Assembly: GCA_964467655.1 (NCBI GenBank)
Contig: CAYXSN010000003.1
Location: forward strand, 34,714-98,713
Source of the DNA: an uncultured Candidatus Saccharimonadales bacterium
Lineage (GTDB): Bacteria > Patescibacteriota > Saccharimonadia > UBA4664
Length of the DNA stretch: 64,000 nucleotides
Reading direction: 5' to 3'
The translations under genes were made by a program, and so were the position numbers. This document shows positions 1 to 9,103 of this stretch, piece by piece (the stretch's first letter is position 1; each line of letters opens with the position of its first letter). The notes below the pieces were generated by a model that searched no databases, was not told the origin of the DNA, and worked only from the letters and a program-made list of their open reading frames with translations.

Positions 1-22
1 CGGTGATGGTCGGAGCGGACAT
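1..22 (-). CDS. 5' end of a gene running off the window (MSAPTIT...)
   Basis: ATG at 22 (-), preceded by GAGGAGG (34..28) at 5-nt spacing; consensus-like promoter upstream. Confidence 0.55.
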
Positions 23-96
23 TGCAGCCTCCTCAGGCTTGTGTTGCGTTGAACTTGCATGATGTCAGGGTTCGCTCGTTACCGAGCATGCCAGAC

Positions 97-125
97 ATAT
101 TAGCATAAGTAGTTACTTTTGTCAA
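97..125 (-). promoter_or_regulatory. sigma70-type promoter TTGACA-N17-TAATAT
   Basis: Minus strand: TTGACA (125..120), 17 nt, TAATAT (102..97) preceded by TGC. Confidence 0.6.
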
Positions 126-158
126 TAGTTATGCCACAATAATACCATCAGGCAAATC

Positions 159-192
159 AAAAGAGGCCCACTCCACCGAGGGCCTCTTTTTT
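159..192. terminator. intrinsic terminator downstream of groEL, probably bidirectional
   Basis: AAAAGAGGCCC...GGGCCTCTTTTTT inverted repeat with A/T tracts on both sides. Confidence 0.75.
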
Positions 193-244
193 CTACCTGC
201 ACTTTTTAGTTTTATGAGAGCGAACAAGTAGCGGTACACGAGTA

Positions 245-318
245 GATGGGAGTTCTTACGTAGTCTGAGTATGTTTGAACGTCAGTGAGTTACGCAAGAC
301 AAGTAAGATACTTCCATC
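245..318. repeat. imperfect long hairpin in the groEL 3' UTR
   Basis: GATGGGAGT-TCTTAC...GTAAGA-T-ACTTCCATC, with inner pairing GTCTGAGTA/TACGCAAGAC. Confidence 0.5.
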
Positions 319-325
319 AACGAGC

Positions 326-1984
326 CTAGTAGTCCATACCGCCCATACCGCCAGGCATACCACCACCAGCCGCACTCTTCTCTTCGGGGATGTCCACGAT
401 GAGGGCGCCCATAGTCATGGCAGTACCGGCGATCGATACCGCATTCTGGACCGCCTCGCGCACGACCTTGGCCGGGTCAACAATGCCCTGAGTCTTTAGG
501 TCGACTAAGGCAGTGCCGCTCATGACGTCAAAGCCTTGGCCGCTCGCCTTGGCCGCGAGTACTGCCGGCAGTTTCTCGTCGGGGTTAAAGCCGGCGTTGC
601 GCATGAGCTCGCGGAACGGCTGTACCAAAGCTCGCTTGAGAACCAAATGACCAGCTTCAGCACTTGAACCAATCTTGGTCGGTTCGACAGTCAGTTTCTT
701 GGACAGATCAACCAAGGTGACACCACCGCCAGGCACGATACCTTCAGCGACAGCCGCTTTCGTAGCAGCTACGGCGTCATCCACTCTGTCTTTCTTCTCG
801 TTGATTTCAGTCTCAGTAGCTCCACCCACCTTAATGACAGCCACTTTGCCAGCCAAAGCACTTAGGCGCTTCTCCAGGTTTTCTTTGTCGTACTCGCTGG
901 AGGCATTGTCAATCTGGGCCCGGATCTCGGCGATTCTAGCATCAATAGCTTTAGCGTCGCCATAGCCTTCAACGATAGTGGTGTCGTCTTTACCGGCAAT
1001 CACTTTGCGAGCCGATCCCAACATCGCCAAAGTAGCGTTCTCGAAGGTGTAGCCCTGCTCCTCAGTGATCACAGTAGCGCCAGTCAGCTCAGCAATGTCT
1101 TGTAAGATGGCTTTGCGTCGATCACCAAAAGCCGGAGCCTTGATGGCCAGAGTGTTAAATACACCTTTGAGCTTATTGAGCACCAAGGTAGCCAAAGCCT
1201 CACCCTCGACGTCTTCGGCCACAATTACCAAGTCTTTCTTGCCGCCTTGAGCCATTTTCTCGAGTAAGGGCAAGATCTCTTGGATGCCACCAATTTTCTT
1301 GTCAGTCACCAGGATCATTGGCTTTTCATAGACAGCTTCCATGCGGGCCGGGTCGGTCACCATGTATTGGCTGACGTACCCGCGGTCGATCTTGAAACCT
1401 TCAACCACCTCTTTCTCCAGCGCCAGGCCTTGCGACTGCTCAACAGTTACCGTACCGTCTTCACCCACAGCCTCAATGACCTCAGCGATCAGGTCACCGA
1501 TCTCGGCGTCACCGGCAGAAATGGTAGCCACCTGGGCCACTTTGGCTTTGTTTCCGGCAATGGTCTCCGTCATACCGGGGACAGCCGCCAACACCACCTC
1601 AGCCGCTTGATCCAGACCTTTCTTGAGATCCATAGGGTTGTGACCAGCAGCAATCAATTTGTTGGCCTCAGCCAAAATGTGATACGTCAACACGGTTGAG
1701 GTTGTAGTACCATCACCGACGTTATCGGCAGTCTTGGAAGCAGCCGACTTGATCAGTTCAGCCCCCACGCCCCGACCCAGAGTTTCGTCGTTGCGAGCCT
1801 CTATCTCCACAGCTTTAGCCACGCTCACACCGTCGTGAGTAACGCTCGGCCCACCGTAACTCTTGCTCACCACCACGTTGCGACCCTTGGGCCCCATGGT
1901 TACGCGCACGGCTTCGTACAGCTCCTTGGCGCCAGCTAGTACTCGGCCACGGGCGTCATCATCATAGAAAATCTTTTTTGCCAT
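326..1984 (-). CDS. groEL: chaperonin GroEL
   Basis: TMGPKGRNVV, GDGTTT, KAPAFGDRRKA, GGM C-terminal tail; 552 aa. Confidence 0.99.
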   Translation of the reverse strand: MAKKIFYDDDARGRVLAGAKELYEAVRVTMGPKGRNVVVSKSYGGPSVTHDGVSVAKAVEIEARNDETLGRGVGAELIKSAASKTADNVGDGTTTSTVLTYHILAEANKLIAAGHNPMDLKKGLDQAAEVVLAAVPGMTETIAGNKAKVAQVATISAGDAEIGDLIAEVIEAVGEDGTVTVEQSQGLALEKEVVEGFKIDRGYVSQYMVTDPARMEAVYEKPMILVTDKKIGGIQEILPLLEKMAQGGKKDLVIVAEDVEGEALATLVLNKLKGVFNTLAIKAPAFGDRRKAILQDIAELTGATVITEEQGYTFENATLAMLGSARKVIAGKDDTTIVEGYGDAKAIDARIAEIRAQIDNASSEYDKENLEKRLSALAGKVAVIKVGGATETEINEKKDRVDDAVAATKAAVAEGIVPGGGVTLVDLSKKLTVEPTKIGSSAEAGHLVLKRALVQPFRELMRNAGFNPDEKLPAVLAAKASGQGFDVMSGTALVDLKTQGIVDPAKVVREAVQNAVSIAGTAMTMGALIVDIPEEKSAAGGGMPGGMGGMDY

Positions 1985-2013
1985 ATCTAAAGTATTACTC
2001 CTTATGCCTGTCG

Positions 2014-2283
2014 TTATTTAGTTTTGACTACAGCCAGAACGTCTTCCTCTTTGACGATGAGCAGCTCATTGCTACCATCCTGTTTGAAGCGATGAGGGCC
2101 GTATTCCGTGTGCACGATCACGTCCCCAACTTTCACTTCTTTGACCTCTTTGCCTACAGCCAGCACCTTGGCCTGCTGAGTCTTGGTCTTGGCTTGATCT
2201 GGCAGCAAAATACCGGCTGCCGTCTTGGTTTGGGCTTCTACTGGTTCGGCCACAATTCTGTCGCCGAGCGGTTGTAACGTCAT
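2014..2283 (-). CDS. groES: co-chaperonin GroES
   Basis: LQPLGDRIV, KTAAGILLPD, VKVGDV, EEDVLAVV; directly upstream of groEL; AAGGAG RBS. Confidence 0.97.
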   Translation of the reverse strand: MTLQPLGDRIVAEPVEAQTKTAAGILLPDQAKTKTQQAKVLAVGKEVKEVKVGDVIVHTEYGPHRFKQDGSNELLIVKEEDVLAVVKTK

Positions 2284-2356
2284 ACCACACTCCTTGTTTA
2301 TAAAATTAGATTTTAGTCACTGATTGCGGCGCCACTCGCCGCCTGTGTCTCTTACT

Positions 2357-2383
2357 TTAGCACTCTCTTGGCGCGAGTGCCAG
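2357..2383 (-). promoter_or_regulatory. CIRCE element (HrcA operator)
   Basis: TTAGCACTC-N9-GAGTGCCAG upstream of groES; consensus is TTAGCACTC-N9-GAGTGCTAA. Confidence 0.9.
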
Positions 2384-2535
2384 CCCTAACGATAGCGTTA
2401 TGGCTCTAGTGCGTCAACCCCTTCCATAAGTCCAAGATATCAAACCACACTACGCAGTTCTGCGCCGACAAAAAGTGTGTTAAAATTGCCGCTATCCTGA
2501 TTACTCTATCCTGGAGCCAGTAATGAGGCGAACCG

Positions 2536-2919
2536 ATGAGAGTCATAGCACCTCGCACAGCCGTATACTCAGGTGCTGATGGGCTGTCCGACTACCGCAC
2601 ACTCATGCCCCACCTCCATACGCTCATCAAGCCCGGAGGTACAGTCTACATCAGGGTTCCGAACGACCAAAGCCAAATTATTGCTGTTGCCGGACTCATT
2701 GTGCAGCACCAAAACCAGTACCTGCACCTGGATCCCAACACTCTCGACACCACCAAATGGCCGGTGCAGGTACTGCGGATTGAATGTCGGTATGTACGCA
2801 CCCTACAAAACGTGCCGCTTGAACCGGTGATCATCAGATACAAATGGTGGCGCCACATGAAACGGATGCCACTCACCCACGGCCGAGTACTGACACTAAC
2901 CTATCCAGCCACCATCTGA
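2536..2919 (+). CDS. hypothetical protein, N-terminus resembles the C-terminal part of PrmC/HemK methyltransferases
   Basis: AVYSGADGLSDYRTL...LIKPGG recalls the HemK 'GxDGLxxYR...LxPGG' segment; GAGG RBS; terminator follows. Confidence 0.5.
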   Translation: MRVIAPRTAVYSGADGLSDYRTLMPHLHTLIKPGGTVYIRVPNDQSQIIAVAGLIVQHQNQYLHLDPNTLDTTKWPVQVLRIECRYVRTLQNVPLEPVIIRYKWWRHMKRMPLTHGRVLTLTYPATI

Positions 2920-2949
2920 CCCCCGCTAGCACCCACCTAGTGGGGGTCA
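2917..2949 (+). terminator. intrinsic terminator
   Basis: TGACCCCCGCTAG...CTAGTGGGGGTCA followed by TATTTTG. Confidence 0.65.
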
Positions 2950-3031
2950 TATTTTGTCTAGATTAAACCATTCACCCACACGTTCAACCACCAATGTTAT
3001 CCTGGCATGCCATTTCATTCAAACACCAAAA

Positions 3032-3074
3032 TGATATGCTGTAGCGTATATATATCATATGCTACAACATATCA
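3032..3074. promoter_or_regulatory. palindromic operator upstream of the XRE regulator
   Basis: TGATATGCTGTAGC-N15-GCTACAACATATCA (13/14 match). Confidence 0.55.
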
Positions 3075-3106
3075 AATTAGTATGTACGCCGAAAGGAGTC
3101 CCCCAG

Positions 3107-3406
3107 ATGTCGTCAATTGTCACCAAACGCTTCATCCAAGCTCGCGCCGAGACTATATCTGATAGCAGCCAAAAGCAAACCAGATATCAGCTCGAAAGAT
3201 TCGGCGCCCTCATCAGGGAACGCCGCCAAACCTGGTCCTTATCACAAAAACACATTGCCCAACTTGCCAGCACCACCCAAGCAGTCATCGCCCAGATTGA
3301 AGCCGGCAAAGGTAACCCAAGCCTCAGCTTGCTCACCCGCATCACCCACGCCCTGCCAGGCGCTCAGCTCGAATTGCGCCTATTCAATGATTCCCGAAAT
3401 CGCTGA
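3107..3406 (+). CDS. XRE/Cro-family HTH transcriptional regulator
   Basis: LSQKHIAQLASTTQAVIAQIEAGKGNPSLSLL; AAGGAG RBS supports ATG 3107. Confidence 0.88.
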   Translation: MSSIVTKRFIQARAETISDSSQKQTRYQLERFGALIRERRQTWSLSQKHIAQLASTTQAVIAQIEAGKGNPSLSLLTRITHALPGAQLELRLFNDSRNR

Positions 3407-4945
3407 CATCTGTCGCTGGATGGTTCGGAATATCCCGTCGGGCTCGGCTAAAGCCAGGCTGGCTATTTCATCAGCCCGCTCTTGGGTACCTGCCACGCTA
3501 TAGATTCGCAGCTGCGGCGCATTACTTGATTGGCGCAAATGAGCAATATCACCATTTGCAAAATACAGCCTGACACCGTCAAGAGTGTTCACTTTCTCGA
3601 TCTCACCAAAACCCTTCTCAGACGTGAAAAATGCTGCCAACTTCGTCTTGGCTTCAGGCGTATCGTGCGCCAACTGCTCAAGAATAACCTTATACGTTTC
3701 GGGAGGAAAATTGTCGATCAGACCCGATGACGTAAATCGGGCCGGCAGTTTGGCAAACAGCTCCGAGATACTGACTTGCGTTTCAATAGCCACCACCATA
3801 GCCACAATGATCGGCAAAATAGCGTCGCGAGTTGCCAAAGGCGACAGCGTCTGGCCATTGATAGTGAGCTCAGAACCAATCAAGAATCCGCCGTTAGCCT
3901 CCCAGCCCACAACATTATGCTTGCCTTGGGCTCTTGCCTCATTCATAGCCGCTATCACAAACGGCGAACCGATCTTGGTATGGGTCACGGGCACGCCCTG
4001 ATTACCCAGCCAGATATCTGAAGCATCGCTATTACTGATGGGATATGCGGCAAAATCGGCGGATAACCAGTGGGCTACCACTGCCCCTAGCACGTCGCCC
4101 CGGTGAAATTCACCGGTTTCATCCACCACAAACGGCCGGTCGCTATCACCATCCGTGGACACAATCGCAAACAAACCGGGGTTTTCCTGGGCCAGCTGCC
4201 GAAAATACGTCTGGTGCTCAGGTTTGACGTTTTCACTGTCGATCGGAATAAACACTTCAGACCGGCCCACCGGTACGACTTCGGCACCCAGTTCACCCAA
4301 CAGCTCCACCAAAAGGTCGCGCCCCACGGCTGAATGCTGGTAAAACACCACCTTACGGCCGGCCAAAGGTTGACCCGCAAATACCTTGGTATACCGTTCC
4401 CGATAAGCCGCCCCTACATCAGTAGTCTCTGGAATCTGCGGCGCCTGCTTGAGCATCCCGTTTTCGTCAAAAGCACTGGTCTCAAAAGCCTCAGCGTACA
4501 AACGTTGCCGCACTTTGGCCACAGCTTCATGGATATGGATCTCGTCCGGCTTGAGTACCTCACCCTCGGGCTTGTTAAACTTAATGCCGTTCCTGTCGGC
4601 GGGAATGTGACTGCCGGTCACCATAATACCCGCTCCGCGGCCAAAAGACCGGTAGGCTAAGGCCGGTGTTGGTACCAGGCCATTGTATTCCACCTGATAG
4701 CCGCCGTCGGTAATAGCCTTCATGACAGCCTTGGTGATGCGGGGCGTACTGTCGCGTAAGTCACCAGCCACATACACCACATCGCCCGAATTTATCAGGT
4801 CATGACTCAGCAAAAAATCTAAAAAGCCCAAGGTGTTGATATAGCACTCAAGGTCGGTCATCACCGTCACCAGGTCGCGCAATCCCGAAGTACCAAACCC
4901 CATCTCCTTAGGTTCGTACGTTAAGCTGTCCCGTAAACTAACCAT
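3380..4945 (-). CDS. phosphomannomutase (alpha-D-phosphohexomutase)
   Basis: FGTSGLR, TGSHIP catalytic Ser loop, DGDSDR metal loop, WEANGG. Confidence 0.92.
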   Translation of the reverse strand: MVSLRDSLTYEPKEMGFGTSGLRDLVTVMTDLECYINTLGFLDFLLSHDLINSGDVVYVAGDLRDSTPRITKAVMKAITDGGYQVEYNGLVPTPALAYRSFGRGAGIMVTGSHIPADRNGIKFNKPEGEVLKPDEIHIHEAVAKVRQRLYAEAFETSAFDENGMLKQAPQIPETTDVGAAYRERYTKVFAGQPLAGRKVVFYQHSAVGRDLLVELLGELGAEVVPVGRSEVFIPIDSENVKPEHQTYFRQLAQENPGLFAIVSTDGDSDRPFVVDETGEFHRGDVLGAVVAHWLSADFAAYPISNSDASDIWLGNQGVPVTHTKIGSPFVIAAMNEARAQGKHNVVGWEANGGFLIGSELTINGQTLSPLATRDAILPIIVAMVVAIETQVSISELFAKLPARFTSSGLIDNFPPETYKVILEQLAHDTPEAKTKLAAFFTSEKGFGEIEKVNTLDGVRLYFANGDIAHLRQSSNAPQLRIYSVAGTQERADEIASLALAEPDGIFRTIQRQMSAISGIIE

Positions 4946-6302
4946 GGACTTTGCCTCCGATCACAGCTTCAACTGCCGCTTTCTTTTCATCAAGCAGCTC
5001 TTGGCTACTGGCTTCGATGTTGAGCCGCACTACCGGTTCGGTATTACTAGCCCGCAGATTGAACCACCATTCTGGATACGTGACCGTGAGACCATCAAGG
5101 TCGTCTTGGTCGCCGTCAGCAAATGTTTCGGCCAACTTAGCCCGCACGATAACTGCATCCGCAACCTCAAGGTTCGTTTCATGGGCCGTCGCGTACGCTG
5201 ACTCATACTCGGTAACTAACTCGCTTAAACGCTTATCGGATTCAGCTAAAATACTCACCACGCTCATGACAGCGATAATGCCTGAGTCACTATAATAATC
5301 GTCACGGAAGTAATAGTGGCCCGAAGCCTCAATGCCCAAGACCGCGCCGCTTTGGCGCATCATTGATTTGATTGCGTCATTGCCTACCTTGCAACGTAAG
5401 GCTTTGCCGCCATGAGCCTCAATGGTATCGCGCACCACATGGCTCGTCCGCAAATCGTACACGATGGCCGCCCCGGGGTGGTTTTTGAGAAAATAAGCTA
5501 CTAACATGGCGCCCATTACGTGCTCAGGTACCGGCCGGCCATTTTCATCCACGATCCCGCCTCTGTCACCATCACCGTCAAAAGCCAAACCAAAATCGAG
5601 TTTGTCCTGCCGGACTTTTTCGCACAAATCAGTCAGAGTTTCATACAAATGGGGATTGGCCACGTGGTTTGGAAACGTCCCATCGAGCTCAAAATACATT
5701 TCCTCAACCGTAAAAGGCAATTTTGCTCCCAAATGGGGAAAGATTGCCCCGCCCATGCCATTACCAGCATCAACGGCAATGTGGTACGGCTTGAGAGCAT
5801 CAAGGTTCATAAACTTGAGGATTTGATCGACCCACTCATCATGAACAGCCTTCTTTGTCATATGGCCACGCTGCTCAGCCTCGGGGGCAAAATCGTCGTC
5901 AATCAGTTTTTGCTTAATGTCCATCAATCCGTTGGCAGCGCCCATCGGAACCGATCCATGTCCCACCATCTTGATGCCGTTGTATTTGCCCGGATTATGG
6001 CTGGCCGTCACCATAATACCGCCGGCCGTTTCCTCGAACCTGCCAGCTGCAAAATACACCATATCAGTTGTCACGAGCCCGATGTCCCACACATCACGGC
6101 CTTGCATTGTCAAGCCATCTATGACTGCCGCCGCCAAGCGCTCTGAATCAACTCTCATATCCCGGCCGACAATTACCGGCCCCTTGTGGGGTAACTTATC
6201 AGCCGCTGCCCGGCCGTAGGCTCTCGCCACTTCCTCAGTTAACTCTTCCCCGGAAATACCGCGGACATCATAAGCTTTAAAGATAGATTCAACAAATTTC
6301 AT
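4938..6302 (-). CDS. phosphomannomutase/phosphoglucomutase (ManB/AlgC-like)
   Basis: FKAYDVRG, TASHNP, DGDGDR, EASGH, RASNTEP; start 6302 lies 7 nt after TATAAT. Confidence 0.95.
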   Translation of the reverse strand: MKFVESIFKAYDVRGISGEELTEEVARAYGRAAADKLPHKGPVIVGRDMRVDSERLAAAVIDGLTMQGRDVWDIGLVTTDMVYFAAGRFEETAGGIMVTASHNPGKYNGIKMVGHGSVPMGAANGLMDIKQKLIDDDFAPEAEQRGHMTKKAVHDEWVDQILKFMNLDALKPYHIAVDAGNGMGGAIFPHLGAKLPFTVEEMYFELDGTFPNHVANPHLYETLTDLCEKVRQDKLDFGLAFDGDGDRGGIVDENGRPVPEHVMGAMLVAYFLKNHPGAAIVYDLRTSHVVRDTIEAHGGKALRCKVGNDAIKSMMRQSGAVLGIEASGHYYFRDDYYSDSGIIAVMSVVSILAESDKRLSELVTEYESAYATAHETNLEVADAVIVRAKLAETFADGDQDDLDGLTVTYPEWWFNLRASNTEPVVRLNIEASSQELLDEKKAAVEAVIGGKVHG

Positions 6303-6349
6303 GACTACCATTATACGCCGCCCGCGCTACCATACATAAGCCAATCTAT

Positions 6350-6386
6350 AAAAAAGAACCCGCTCCTCTGGTTATCAAGGAGCGGG
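6350..6386 (-). terminator. intrinsic terminator of the 6741 gene
   Basis: CCCGCTCCT/AGGAGCGGG stem followed by TTCTTTTTT on the minus strand. Confidence 0.7.
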
Positions 6387-6420
6387 CACCAAGGTTTACC
6401 TGGTTGTCAGACGGCTAACG

Positions 6421-6741
6421 TCAGTCGCAGTCGTGGCCTTTTGACCACTCATGCTTGTTGTCGTGCTTGTAGCTCATGGCATACTTCATCTGCGGATCGC
6501 AGTTGTCGTCATGCTTGTATGATACCATCCGGTGCTGCTTAGCATCCCAGCGCCAACCATGCTGCTGGTACCAGTTTGACTTCTCGGCATTCCAATCTCG
6601 CTGCTCAGTCCGGCCATGGTCGCAGTCTTTACCATAGTTCTCGTGGCCGTCTGAAGCTGAAGCTCCCCCTGCCGAAACTAAGGCAAACGCCAGCGCCAAT
6701 GTCCCTCCGCCAGCCAATTGATACATTAATCGTTTTTTCAT
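6421..6741 (-). CDS. small secreted His/Asp-rich protein
   Basis: Signal peptide MKKR...ASA; AAAGGAGAGG RBS; own terminator. Confidence 0.75.
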   Translation of the reverse strand: MKKRLMYQLAGGGTLALAFALVSAGGASASDGHENYGKDCDHGRTEQRDWNAEKSNWYQQHGWRWDAKQHRMVSYKHDDNCDPQMKYAMSYKHDNKHEWSKGHDCD

Positions 6742-6906
6742 ACACCTCTCCCTTTACATTAAGTACTGGCTGCTAATTATCCGTTTATCAGGTAGCGCAT
6801 ACGTCGGGCATTTCTCTAAATATTTGGCGCTTTATCAGCCCAGAATCAGCAATGCCGATAGCCTCTGCTATACCCAAATGTGCTCCCATCTGGTACCGTA
6901 GAAACA

Positions 6907-7497
6907 ATGGCACAAGAGCAATCACACTCAAACTTACCAAAGATCGCAATATCTGGTATTGCCGGAAGTTTCTCAGAAGAAGCCGCCGCCAAATTTATGA
7001 GAGTTGAAAGCCTGCAGGCCGAAACCGTCTATGCCACAACTGCCCGCGACACCATGGAAATGGTCTCTACCGGCAAGGTCGAATACGGAGTGGTTCCGCT
7101 CGAAAACTCAAACGGCGGTATTGTTGTCGAAACCGTCTATGCCTCCGCCGACTTTCTCTACCATATCGAAGGCATCCTCGAAATCGACGTCCATCAGAAC
7201 CTGATCGTCAAGCGTGGCACCAAGCGCGAAGATGTCCAAAAAATTGTCTCCCACCACCAAGCTCTGGCCCAATGTAAGTTCTATCTGCGCCGCAACTGGC
7301 CCAAGATTGAGCACGTAGAGTATGCCGATACCGCTCTGGCTGCCAAAGATCTGGCAGCCGGCAAGTTGGAGCCCAACGTAGCCGTCATTGCCTCGGCCAC
7401 TGCCGCCAAGCTCTACAACTTAGATATTCTCGACCCCAGCATTCAAGACCTCAAGTTCAACTTCACCTCGTTCATGATCATCTCCAAACATGACTGA
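6907..7497 (+). CDS. pheA: prephenate dehydratase, catalytic domain only (no ACT)
   Basis: GSFSEEAA, VVPLENSNGG, SHHQALAQC, DTALAA, NFTSF (cf. NxTRF). Confidence 0.88.
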   Translation: MAQEQSHSNLPKIAISGIAGSFSEEAAAKFMRVESLQAETVYATTARDTMEMVSTGKVEYGVVPLENSNGGIVVETVYASADFLYHIEGILEIDVHQNLIVKRGTKREDVQKIVSHHQALAQCKFYLRRNWPKIEHVEYADTALAAKDLAAGKLEPNVAVIASATAAKLYNLDILDPSIQDLKFNFTSFMIISKHD

Positions 7498-8374
7498 AAG
7501 CCCGCTGCTCAACCACTCAGTCTTAATGACAGATCCTCGCCATATCGGCATTGCCGGCATCAACGCCTATGAAGACGTTTCTCATGGTCCAGATTATGAG
7601 GCGGCCCAGATTCAGTTTGAGTCCATCAGGGCAGCCATTGCCCAAACCGGTATCAAGATCCAACAGGTCGACAGTCCCCCGAACTGCCAAGACGGCGTGT
7701 ACACCGCCAACTGGGCAATCACGTACCACGGTAAGGCCTTGCTCTCCAAACTACCCAACGCACGGGCAGCCGAAGAACCGTATGCCCAAATCGAGCTCCA
7801 AAAACGAGGCTTTGATTGCCGCCGACCAGCCGATTACTTCTCAGGTCAGGGTGACGCCCTACTCTTCAATGAACACGAAGCCATCATTGGGCACGGCTAC
7901 CGTACAATGCTAACGCCAGGCTTAAAATCAGACCTGGAATGGCTCGGCATCACACCTGTATTCGTACAGGCCATCCCTCAGCTTGATACCCACGGCCAGC
8001 CCCAAATCAACCGAGTGACAGGCCTAGCTGACAGTTATTATTACGACATCGACCTAGCTGTGGCCGTCATTGCCCCCAATGTACTGGCCGTCTGCCTGGA
8101 CGCTCTTACTCCTGCCAGCCAGGTCACCATCGAGAAATTGCAGACTCGTACCACAAACCCGGTCACCATCATTAATGTCTCCGAAACCGAAGCCCGCCAG
8201 GGCTTTGCCTGCAACCTCCTCAGCACCGGCCGCACCGTAGTAATGTCAGACGCCGCACCCCGGCTCGCCTCAGAGCTGAAAAAACTAGACTACCGAGTGA
8301 TTACCACCAACCTCGACCAGTTCAAACTCACTGGCGGCGGCATCAGATGTGTCAGTCTAACGCTCAACCGCTAA
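7490..8374 (+). CDS. amidinotransferase/dimethylargininase-like (pentein) protein
   Basis: VLMTDP, DGVYTAN, FSGQGDA, FACN, GGGIRCVSL with the C-terminal catalytic Cys. Confidence 0.85.
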   Translation: MTESPLLNHSVLMTDPRHIGIAGINAYEDVSHGPDYEAAQIQFESIRAAIAQTGIKIQQVDSPPNCQDGVYTANWAITYHGKALLSKLPNARAAEEPYAQIELQKRGFDCRRPADYFSGQGDALLFNEHEAIIGHGYRTMLTPGLKSDLEWLGITPVFVQAIPQLDTHGQPQINRVTGLADSYYYDIDLAVAVIAPNVLAVCLDALTPASQVTIEKLQTRTTNPVTIINVSETEARQGFACNLLSTGRTVVMSDAAPRLASELKKLDYRVITTNLDQFKLTGGGIRCVSLTLNR

Positions 8375-9103
8375 TTCGTCATTGAGTCGTTGTAGCTCGA
8401 CAACTAGCTGTTGCCGCATGTCCGCCGCATAGGGGTTGTACTTTTGAATCGTCTCAAACAGTTCAGCCGTGTCATTCTCCACGATTCGACGCACATCGAG
8501 CAAATGCTGGTAGGTTTTCGTCTTGAGCGGCGTATTCGGAATATCCAGGTCATGAAACGCCCGCCCCAACAGAAACGTCAACGCATGTACGTAAGCCATC
8601 TCCCGGTCGTGCTCGTCGGGGCTCACCTGCTGAACATCAAGTTTGAGGGTACCCTTCAAAAACACTTCTAGACGCTCAAAACGCTCATTAGATACCCGCA
8701 CTGGCCACAACACCATCGGCAAGCCCTCAACCCCATCAGCACCGCTCTGAGGCCCAAATAAGGGGTGCGTGGCCACAATATCGACGTCTGCCGGCACATG
8801 TCGCTCCATCAGTTGGACCGGCACCGTTTTGACGCTTGAGACATCAATCACCATCGATCCCGGCCGCAGCAACGGCGCCATGTGCTGCAAAACAGCTTCA
8901 AGACTCTGGACCGGCACACTCGGCACCACTATGTCTGCAGCGCAAGCCTCATCAAAACTCACCAGTCGGCCACCAACTGCCGCCACCTCAACCGGCTGCG
9001 CCCGACGGCTGCTAACCACCACCGGCACATGCGGGCTCAGCACCTTGGTCATAAAGGCGCCAAACACTCCAAAGCCAATGATGCCTATCGTCCGCGCCAC
9101 CAC
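8357..9103 (-). CDS. tyrA: prephenate/arogenate dehydrogenase
   Basis: IGIIGFGVFG Rossmann motif, DVSSVK, HPLFGP, EHDREMAYVHALT. Confidence 0.9.
   Translation of the reverse strand: MVARTIGIIGFGVFGAFMTKVLSPHVPVVVSSRRAQPVEVAAVGGRLVSFDEACAADIVVPSVPVQSLEAVLQHMAPLLRPGSMVIDVSSVKTVPVQLMERHVPADVDIVATHPLFGPQSGADGVEGLPMVLWPVRVSNERFERLEVFLKGTLKLDVQQVSPDEHDREMAYVHALTFLLGRAFHDLDIPNTPLKTKTYQHLLDVRRIVENDTAELFETIQKYNPYAADMRQQLVVELQRLNDELAVER

Noticed and set aside
6742-6880. Riboswitch upstream of the secreted-protein gene
   Set aside because: No recognisable aptamer consensus or expression platform
7490-8374. Arginine deiminase (arcA) of an ADS operon
   Set aside because: 294 aa is short for ArcA and there are no arcB/arcC neighbours; kept as a generic pentein
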